A stretch of 59,529 bases of DNA, the filler included. It is 6 parts of 6 records of this genome, joined end to end, with 100 filler letters (N's around TTAATTAATTAA, not from the genome) between each part and the next. Parts side by side here need not be neighbours in the genome. Positions count along the whole stretch, not along the records: positions 46,619 to 54,202 come from SRR31156797_53749; positions 54,303 to 59,529 come from SRR31156797_53828; 4 more parts are not named here. One strand, written 5' to 3'. Position numbers and translations under genes: made by a program. The notes beneath the pieces were generated by a model. It saw only the letters and a list, made by a program, of their open reading frames with translations. It was not told the origin of the DNA and did not search any database. Each line of letters starts with the position of its first letter. Position 1 is the stretch's first letter. Below are positions 52,034 through 59,529 of the stretch, one piece after another.

Positions 52034-52151
52034 GGAACCTCCTCCCGGACTCATTGCCGTGTATGATTTTCAAAATGCGTCTCCAGCTTCCTCCCCAGGG
52101 GAGTTATGGAGCCTTTTTTATTTTTATTGATTTATTGTGGGTTCAGGTAAA

Positions 52152-52168
52152 AGCAAGGGGTGTGCCAA
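52152..52168 (-). promoter_or_regulatory. sigma54 (-24/-12) promoter of the TRAP operon
   Basis: Minus strand TTGGCACACCCCTTGCT matches TGGCAC-N5-TTGC; the adjacent gene encodes a sigma54 activator. Confidence 0.88.
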
Positions 52169-52340
52169 ACTATAAAACCAGTTTAACACATTGGTTTTTC
52201 AAATATAATTGGATTTGGACATTTAACAGGCCAAACAAGAGAAACGGGGCGTTATTGCCCCACAAATTTCATATAGACCTGTTATTGCTTATAATTTATG
52301 ATTTAATCGAAATGGGGCTTTTTTGGTACATTCCGGGGCT

Positions 52341-54202
52341 TTACAGGCCGTATTTTTCCAGGCGTCGGTAAAGCGTCTTACGGTCCACTCCCAATATCTT
52401 GGCGACCCGGCCCCTCCGCCAGCGGTTTTCTTCCAGCAAACGCATAATATACTTCTTTTCATATTCGGCCATGGCTTCCTTCAGGGGCTTTGCGCCGGTC
52501 CGTTCCATAGCGACGTCCGGACCGGCCTGCTCCGGCAGGGGCGGGGTCGGGCCAAGCCACAGGAAGTCCAACCTGTTCAAGGTTATATAACGGTAGAGTG
52601 TGTTCTGAAGCTCCCGCACATTCCCGGGCCAGTCGTGAGCCAGCATCGCATCCAGAACATGGCCGGGTATCTTGGGGTGCGATTCGCCGTCGGCGTGCAA
52701 CGATAGTAAATGTTCAATTAAAAGGGGGATGTCCTCCCGTCTTTTTCTGAGGGGTGGCATATGTATGGGTATGACATGGATGCGATAGAAGAAGTCTTCA
52801 CGAATGCGGCCGCCTTTTAATTCTTCCTGAAGATCCCTGTTTGTGGCGGCTATGATCCTGACGTCCGGCGTCCTGGTTTCCCGGCCGCCCAAAGGGGTGA
52901 AGCCGCTTCCTTCCAGCACGCGCAAAAGCTTAACCTGGAGGCTGGGGCTGATTTCCCCCAATTCATCCAAAAAAAGGATGCCCTGGTCGGCGGTTTCCAG
53001 ATGTCCGGCCCGGTCCTGGTCCGCCCCTGTAAACGCTCCTTTTTTATAACCGAAAAACTCGCTTTCCATCAGGTTTTCGGGGATGGCTCCGCAATTGACT
53101 GGTACAAAGGGGTTTTCACCGCGGATGCTCATTTCATGAATGGCCCTGGCGGCCAGATCCTTTCCCGTTCCCGATTCACCATAGATGATGACGTTGGCCT
53201 CGGATGCGGCAGCTTTGACAATGAGTTCGTATACTTCCTGCATTTCCGGGGAACGTCCTATCATCCGGCCGAAACGGTACCTGTCTTTCATGCTGGAACG
53301 AAGAATTATGTTTTCCTTTCTTAAATATTCCTCGCGTTCAATAAGATGATCCGTTGCCTGTTTTCGCTCGGTGACGTCGGTAATAAAACCTTCTATTATG
53401 GATAGTTCTCCATCCCCGTCCAACACCGGCCGGGCGTTAATGGAAACCCACATTATCCTCCCGTTTTTTTGATACATGGGCGCTTCAAAACCAAAAACGA
53501 ACTCCCGCTTCTTGAGTCGGTTCACAAATTCAAGCCGGTCTTCTTCATTAACGTATATCTGGCGTCCGATATCGCGGATATCGATCATGGCTTCTTCAGG
53601 GGTTTCGTATCCGAGGAGTCTTGCCGCCGAAGGATTGATATCAATGAAGCGGCCGTCCGGCGTGGTCCTGTAGATCCCTTCCACGGCATTTTCAAAGATG
53701 CTCCTGTATTTTTCTTCGGTTTGTTTTAATTCCTCATATAAGCGTGCATTTTCGAGCGCGGCCGCGATACGGGAAGCCAGGAGGTCCAAAACTTCAAGAC
53801 GATCGGGCGGAAAGGCGTCCGGAATGCGAGTGTTTTCCAGGTAGAGAATTCCAATCAGCCGAGTCTGATGAATAACTGGGGCGGAAAGCACGGACCTGGG
53901 TTTGGCGGCCTGGAGATATTCGTCGTTCGCGTACGCGGCCTGTTCGGCCGGATCGGTCAAAACAATAATTTTACGGGTTCGGGCGACATAGTGGATTACG
54001 CCGGATGATATTTGTTCATCTTCATCTATAGGCGTATAGGGTTTGAGCAGAATTTCGGCGCCGCTGACCGTGCCGCGGACGGCGCTGTGAAGCCGTCCTT
54101 CGGATTCAAGAACAAGGGATCCCGCGTCCGCGCCCGCGTTTTCAATAACCGTACGAATAAGCTTGATTAAAAGCCTGTCCAGGTCGAGCTCTCCGACAAT
54201 TG
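52341..54202 (-). CDS. sigma54-dependent enhancer-binding protein (GAF-PAS-AAA+-HTH), 5' truncated
   Basis: GESGTGKD, GAFTGA, FLDELGE, WPGNVREL, Fis-type HTH. The frame stays open upstream of the ORF-track start to the contig edge (IVGELDLDRLLIKLIRTVIENAGA...). Confidence 0.93.
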
Positions 54203-54302
54203 NNNNNNNNNNNNNNNNNNNNNNNNNNNNNNNNNNNNNNNNNNNNTTAATTAATTAANNNNNNNNNNNNNNNNNNNNNNNNNNNNNNNNNNNNNNNNNN
54301 NN
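54203..54302. other. Artificial contig linker
   Basis: N44-TTAATTAATTAA-N44. Confidence 0.98.
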
Positions 54303-55373
54303 ACGGTCCCGCGTCGCGCCACCCGCATTGTCGCGCCGGCGCCCGGTCGAGGCCGTCCCCTGACGGTCACGCTGCTCCTCGCGCTCTTTGCGCCGCTCCT
54401 CAGCCGCGACCTTCCGCTGCAACTCCTTGAACTTGCCATAGTAGCTCGGCGGGAACCAGTCTTCCTCGGCCGAAGCGATCTGGTACGAGTCCGGCTGCAA
54501 CAGGGCCATCGTAATCATCCTGCTGTCAAACTGCATCTGCCGGACCTTGACACCCCCCGGAGGCAACTCCTGAACCTTCTCAACAACAGCAAACAGCTCT
54601 CGGTTCGATTCGATGCGAGCGCGGGGCACCTCGACCCAGGCGTCCCAACTGCCATCGTCCAGCTGCCGCTGTCGCTGCAACTGCACCGCCCCGAAGGTCG
54701 GTTCCGCCAGGCAGGGATCGCGCCACGCCGCTTTCTCCACCTCCGTGCCCGCAAAATGGGCCTGGAACTGGCGATACAGTTCAGCCACGTCGAACTTGGC
54801 CTCCACGGTCACCAAATCGATGTCATTGGGCTCGGTCTCGACATCGTCGTACGTGGTCTCCGACGTCACGGCGTCCAGCGGAACGTAGGCGGCCGCCCGA
54901 ATGTAGCTGACACCCACATCCGTGACCGGACCGATCCGCGGCAGGATGTACTGGGCCTGGACCGACCCGCGCGCCCCCGCTGTGACGGGCGCCGCCGTCT
55001 TGTCGGTCGCCATGAAGGCCAGCGGCGACCGAAGTAGCTCGACGAAGCTCTGAGGCTTGGGTCGCCCCAGAAACACGTCGGCCACCACCGGATCGTTCGG
55101 ATGAATCGGACCGGTGACCTTGGGCGTATAATCTCGGGCCGCATCGCCCGATCCCGTCCCGGACGAAGACGTCCGCAGGTCCTCGGCCTTAGACAGAATG
55201 TACGTGTCGATCTGGCCCGGAGCGAACGTCTTGCCGTCGTAGGCGACGCCGTTGGGGCTGAAGATAACCTTGGTGAAGAAAAGCCAGGCACACGCCAGGC
55301 ACACAATCACGAGAACCAGCTTCTCGACGTGATTCTCGCAAAACCGTCCAATTTTCCCTACTAACTCGCGCAT
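54303..55373 (-). CDS. Membrane-anchored hypothetical protein of the pilM cluster, 3' truncated
   Basis: N-terminal TM after ENHVEK; third gene of a co-oriented cluster starting at pilM. Confidence 0.7.
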
Positions 55374-55419
55374 AGCCTATCCCGGTCTCAGATAACCCTG
55401 TATTCGAATCGTCCTGTTA

Positions 55420-56790
55420 CTAGTCCTCTTCGTCGCCGGCCAGCTCGTCTTTGATCTGCTGCGGCTTGATTCCCTCATATCCCAGTGTCCGTTGGAGGGC
55501 ATACTCGCACAGCAGATCGAGTTCCACGACGGGCATATCGCCGTACCGATACAAATCGTGCGAGCGGCTCTCCTTGTCGACGGGCGCGATGCTGCTTTCC
55601 AGAATCGAGATCTGGTTGTGCAGGAACGTCTGCGCCGGCTGCTCGCCGTAGAAGCCGCGGAAGGTGTGCGACTTGGCGCTGCACACCTCTTCCATGAACG
55701 GCACCACCTGCCCCACGTCCACAATCACGCGCACGTCGAACTGGATGACATCGATCCCCTTCTCGTCACTGGTGAACCGTCCGGTACACGGCGTCGTCAT
55801 GGCGTTCCGCGTATCGATCGCATAGACGGGATTCTCGCTGTCCGCGTCCCGACGCTGGGCCCGCCGGCCCCCGCGCCCGCCGCGGCGACGGCCCCGGTTG
55901 CGCTTCATCTTGAAATCCACGCCCTCCAGCCGCTTGATCGGTGCATCGAGCACGCTGCTGGCATTCTCGTTGATGGCCCGGACACTTTCGGTCACATCCT
56001 CGATGATCCAATAGCCCAGTTGCCAATACCAACAGTCGGTGTAGGCCTTGTCCTTGTTCTCGAATTTCCATTCGTCCCAGTAGGCGTAGCCACCAATGTC
56101 GGCCGGACCGGCAAACACGCGCGACCGCCCCGCCCGGTCCAAGCAGATCTGATCGACGATCTTACGCTGCATCGGGCCCATCATGCGGTAGGACCGTCGT
56201 CCGGTTCCCCCGCCGGCGCCATAGGCCCCCATGCCGCCGCCATAGGCTCCCATGCCACCCCCGTAGGCCTCACCGCCGTAGCCACCGCCCATACCGGGCT
56301 GCATCATCTGACGCGGGGCACTCTTCAGGGCCGTGTCGATCTCGTGGTCCGTTGGACATGTCCCGGCTGCCATCCGCTCCAGCATCGCTTCGATGCCCCG
56401 GCGATAGGCACGTCCGAAATCCTCATACAGCACAATCGAGGTCTCGTTGGTGTCCGGAAAGATATCGTAGCTGAGCAGCTCACGCTGTACGGTCTGCTCC
56501 ATCAAGACATCGATCTGGTTGGCATCGGCTTCATAGGCGTTGATGTACTCTTCCAGCCCCTCGGCGTTCGCCGCCGACCCCGCATCGCTCAGCAGCGACT
56601 CCACCTGCCTGCCGGGACGCACGCTCTCTTCCTCGACCGTGGCCTGCAACCGCTTGCCCAGGATACGAGTCGGGATGAACAGTAGCAACGCCACAATGAC
56701 AATCACGATCGGCACGAGCAGTGCCAGGTTGTTCTTCAGAAAGCTGAGCTTCTTCAGAACGTCCTTGATATTGACATTTGGTGCTTTCAT
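55420..56790 (-). CDS. Bitopic protein in PilO position with Gly/Met-rich low-complexity insert
   Basis: Single N-terminal TM, helical region, GGGMGAY repeats; directly follows pilM. Confidence 0.6.
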   Translation of the reverse strand: MKAPNVNIKDVLKKLSFLKNNLALLVPIVIVIVALLLFIPTRILGKRLQATVEEESVRPGRQVESLLSDAGSAANAEGLEEYINAYEADANQIDVLMEQTVQRELLSYDIFPDTNETSIVLYEDFGRAYRRGIEAMLERMAAGTCPTDHEIDTALKSAPRQMMQPGMGGGYGGEAYGGGMGAYGGGMGAYGAGGGTGRRSYRMMGPMQRKIVDQICLDRAGRSRVFAGPADIGGYAYWDEWKFENKDKAYTDCWYWQLGYWIIEDVTESVRAINENASSVLDAPIKRLEGVDFKMKRNRGRRRGGRGGRRAQRRDADSENPVYAIDTRNAMTTPCTGRFTSDEKGIDVIQFDVRVIVDVGQVVPFMEEVCSAKSHTFRGFYGEQPAQTFLHNQISILESSIAPVDKESRSHDLYRYGDMPVVELDLLCEYALQRTLGYEGIKPQQIKDELAGDEED

Positions 56791-56819
56791 TTCACCTCAC
56801 CTGTCTTGTTTGGTGGTCG

Positions 56820-59045
56820 TTAGCGCTGGAAAGTCGATCCGGCCGCCGGCTCGATTTCCGGGGCGTGTTCCCATTTCAGTTTGAAGTCCAACTGGAACCA
56901 GAAGTCGCGAATCGTCAGGACCGGCTTGCCCAGGGCATCGAGCTTCGGGCTGCCGTAGACCGTCTTCTGAGGCTCGGCGTCGATCCGCTCCCTTGTCACC
57001 GGGTCCACCAGGATCTCCAAGCCCTGATTGTAGCTCATCATCGCCGGCATCCGGCTGCCGCGGCTCGTGCTGCTGGTGCTTTCCTCCGCAACGTATTCGC
57101 TGTCGCCGATGCCGATGGGGATGTCAGTGTCGAGGTCCACCGGCCCCTTCTCGATCCGGAAGTGATCGACATCCTTACTGTATAGCTCAAACGGGCTGTT
57201 GGCATCGACGAAGTCATCGATCCGGTCCAGCCGGGTGACCAACCCCCACAGTTCGGGCCGCGTCTCAACCCCGGGCGGATCGAGCAACGCCATCAGGTCG
57301 CGGTACGGACTGTAGCCGACAATGCTGACGACGAAGCCAGGCTCCTTTTCTTCGCTTTCCCCGCCCATTCCGGCCATGGTCGCGTAGCGGTCGCCGTAGA
57401 TCTCGGCCAGTTGGGCCATCATTTCGTAGTCCTGATCGACCCCGACCTCCATCTGGCTCTCGCGCATCATGGCGTCTTTCCGCATCATGGCCGTCTGGCC
57501 GAACTGAGCCGTGGCCAGATCATCCGAGAAGAAGATGGAGATGTTGATCGGGAAGATCTGCTTGCGCCGGTCGCGGGGCACTTCTTTGATCCGGGCCACG
57601 TCCCCTTGGGCATAGGCTTCGTAGAGCGCGGTCTGAGCGGGATTGGTCGCCGCATTCGGCATCGCCGAGAGGATCAATTTGTAAAGCTGCGGGATGACCT
57701 CGCGGCCGGTGAACATCCCGAACTGCGTCTTGATCTTCTCCTGCAGTTCGATCTTCTGGTTCTCGAAGTCGCTCTCGATGTTCTGGGCCTCCCGGGCCTG
57801 GTTCACAATGCGTCCGATCGTACTCCGCTCGGCGTCGGCGCGGGCATACGCAATCCGATCAAGCCCCACCCGTGCGAAACACATCAGCGAAACAACCAGC
57901 AGCATCACCGCCGCACCGATGAAGTATTTTGTCTTGCTGGCCCACGCCATCGACCGGGCCGCGCTCGTCGGCAGCAAATTGCTCTCGATTCGCGCCAGGC
58001 CCAGCCCCTGCAAGCCCAGGCCGTACACGACGCCGAAATCGGCCACGCTTTCGTGGAACTTCGCGCTCGAAAGACCCTGCGCAATGGCCGCTTTCTTGAA
58101 GGCGTCCGGTTTTTCCACTGGGATCTGGAGTGTTTGTTGCAGATATTTGAGTAGCCCGCGAAGCTTTGTGCCGCCGCCCATCGCGACCACGCGCGTCAGC
58201 TTCACATCCGGGTTCGAATTCGTGTAGAAGCCCAGCGACCGCTGTACTTCGCTCGCCCAGTCGGTGAAGACCGGCCGCATGGCCTGGAAGATCTGGCGGG
58301 CGTACTTGCTGACCGGGGCCGTGCGTTTGAGCTTCTCGGCCTTCTCGAAACTGAGCTTGAACGTCTCGGCGATGGCCTGCGTGAACGTGTTGCCGCCCAT
58401 CATGATGCACCGCTGCCAAACCGCCGACTTCGTGCAGACGACCAGGTCGGTGCTTTCGGCCCCAACGTTGACAATTACCGTCGCCCGATTGTCCGACCGC
58501 ACCAGTTCGGGCCGATCGTAGAGCAGGAAGTTGTATAGCGCCATCGGCGCCATCTGGACGTAGCTAACCACCAGATCCTCGCGCTCGAAGTGCTCCATCT
58601 CCGCCTCGACGATCTCGTTCTTGATCGCGAAGAGGCCGACCTTCTGCTCCGGAGCGTCCGGCTCGGTCATCATCTGGTAGTCCCACTGCACCTCACTCAT
58701 GTCGAACGGGATCTGCTGAGCCGCCTCGAACTTGACAATCTCCGGCAGCCGCTTCTGCTCGACCGGGGGCAATGTGACAAACCGCGCGAAGCTGTTCTGA
58801 CTGGGCACCGAGACGATCAGCGGATCATAGCCGACGTCGTTTCGCTGCACAAACTGCCGCAGGGTAATCGCGATCAACTCGTCTCTTTCGGCCGCGCTGA
58901 CCCCGCTGCTCGAAAGAAGCTTACCGTGCGGAATATGATCGAAGCCAATGACCTGAACAACATCCCCCACGGCCACCAACTGCAGGGCCTTGAGAGAATT
59001 GTTGCCTAAATCAACAGCCCAAATCGCATCCGATGCTGCTGCCAT
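56820..59045 (-). CDS. pilM: Type IV pilus assembly protein PilM with fused PilN-like C-terminal part
   Basis: WAVDLGNNSLKAL, IVKFEAAQQIPF, VNVGAESTDL, GGNTFT..AEKLKR, EVQRSLGFY, GGGTKL; then NLLP, a TM helix and a periplasmic region. Confidence 0.88.
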   Translation of the reverse strand: MAAASDAIWAVDLGNNSLKALQLVAVGDVVQVIGFDHIPHGKLLSSSGVSAAERDELIAITLRQFVQRNDVGYDPLIVSVPSQNSFARFVTLPPVEQKRLPEIVKFEAAQQIPFDMSEVQWDYQMMTEPDAPEQKVGLFAIKNEIVEAEMEHFEREDLVVSYVQMAPMALYNFLLYDRPELVRSDNRATVIVNVGAESTDLVVCTKSAVWQRCIMMGGNTFTQAIAETFKLSFEKAEKLKRTAPVSKYARQIFQAMRPVFTDWASEVQRSLGFYTNSNPDVKLTRVVAMGGGTKLRGLLKYLQQTLQIPVEKPDAFKKAAIAQGLSSAKFHESVADFGVVYGLGLQGLGLARIESNLLPTSAARSMAWASKTKYFIGAAVMLLVVSLMCFARVGLDRIAYARADAERSTIGRIVNQAREAQNIESDFENQKIELQEKIKTQFGMFTGREVIPQLYKLILSAMPNAATNPAQTALYEAYAQGDVARIKEVPRDRRKQIFPINISIFFSDDLATAQFGQTAMMRKDAMMRESQMEVGVDQDYEMMAQLAEIYGDRYATMAGMGGESEEKEPGFVVSIVGYSPYRDLMALLDPPGVETRPELWGLVTRLDRIDDFVDANSPFELYSKDVDHFRIEKGPVDLDTDIPIGIGDSEYVAEESTSSTSRGSRMPAMMSYNQGLEILVDPVTRERIDAEPQKTVYGSPKLDALGKPVLTIRDFWFQLDFKLKWEHAPEIEPAAGSTFQR

Positions 59046-59123
59046 GCCAAACCTCCCGCTTATCGGTCTGCGTATTTCCTGTTAATCTTGTCAACCGGTA
59101 ACAACAAGCTTAGATTATACCAC

Positions 59124-59529
59124 ATGATGAAAAGTTTTTCTATATTAACACTCGGCTGTAAAGTTAACCAATACGAGAGCCAGCAGATTCGCGAACTTAT
59201 CGAGCGTTTCGGCCTCACCCAGGTCGATGTCACCGACTCTCCGGACCTCGTCGTGATCAATACCTGCTGCGTGACACACACAGCCTCAGCCAAGAGCCGC
59301 CAGTTTCTGCGCCAAGCCCTGCGCCAACAACCGGCCGCCGTGGTCGTCTGTGGCTGCCTGCCCACCGTCACAACCGACGAACTGACCGTCACGGGGGAGA
59401 ACATCCATGTTGTAAAGGATCAGCGCGACCTTGCCTCTACCCTGAACCTCCTGGTCGGCGCCCCATCAGCGGCCCCCAATGCAACAGCCCCCAGGTCATC
59501 CGATCACTCTGCCATTAGAGCAGAAACAG
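59124..59529 (+). CDS. mtaB: tRNA methylthiotransferase (MtaB-like radical SAM), N-terminal UPF0004 domain, truncated; not in the ORF track
   Basis: Translates to MMKSFSILTLGCKVNQYESQQIRE...DLVVINTCCVTHTASAKSRQ...VVVCGC. Confidence 0.85.
   Translation, partial: MMKSFSILTLGCKVNQYESQQIRELIERFGLTQVDVTDSPDLVVINTCCVTHTASAKSRQFLRQALRQQPAAVVVCGCLPTVTTDELTVTGENIHVVKDQRDLASTLNLLVGAPSAAPNATAPRSSDHSAIRAET

Noticed and set aside
20783-54302. Recurring TTAATTAATTAA as a biological repeat, and functional links between genes on different pieces
   Set aside because: It is an artificial all-frame stop linker inside N runs, and the pieces differ in GC and apparent taxon. ORF tails of X or 'LIN' are artefacts.
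55492-58419. Long alternative ORFs over the pil cluster (55492-56685, 57411-58154, 57859-58419)
   Set aside because: Shadow ORFs caused by high GC3 codon bias.
59060-59404. 114-aa minus-strand ORF
   Set aside because: It is antisense to the clearly recognisable MtaB N-terminus on the plus strand.

Overview
This window is not one locus. It joins six unrelated contig pieces (1-20782, 20883-29316, 29417-39413, 39514-46518, 46619-54202, 54303-59529) with artificial 100-nt linkers (N44-TTAATTAATTAA-N44), so gene context only holds within a piece. Piece 1 (low GC, Desulfobulbales-like by inference) has selA, a degenerate GGDEF/TPR gene, LOG, pilT, PilZ, comEC, waaA, DUF302, a MITE, a MoxR/DUF58/transglutaminase triad and a hybrid kinase. 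Piece 2 is a single uncharacterised reading frame of more than 2,800 codons, open at both ends. Piece 3 (Desulfovibrionaceae-like) has a polar amino-acid ABC transporter, a hybrid kinase, AI-2E, mltA, an orphan hicB and a split glutamate synthase. Piece 4 has an efflux lipoprotein end, a methyltransferase/AraC pair, an M20 amidohydrolase flanked by gene scraps, and a DUF39 homocysteine-synthesis gene. Piece 5 is a sigma54-driven TRAP/sulfatase-like/thioredoxin operon next to a sigma54 activator. Piece 6 (Planctomycetota-like) has a pilM cluster and a partial mtaB. The two best signals are absent from the ORF track. (1) A complete classical attenuator whose 24-aa leader peptide is Met-rich (MNLRNTPPNPMMMSMMPARGAPMG), with promoter, antiterminator and terminator, upstream of the homocysteine-synthesis gene. 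(2) A triple-tandem, covarying stem-loop motif in the 5' leader of the amino-acid ABC transporter, a candidate undescribed riboswitch or protein-binding RNA. All calls were made by eye; no database searches were run.
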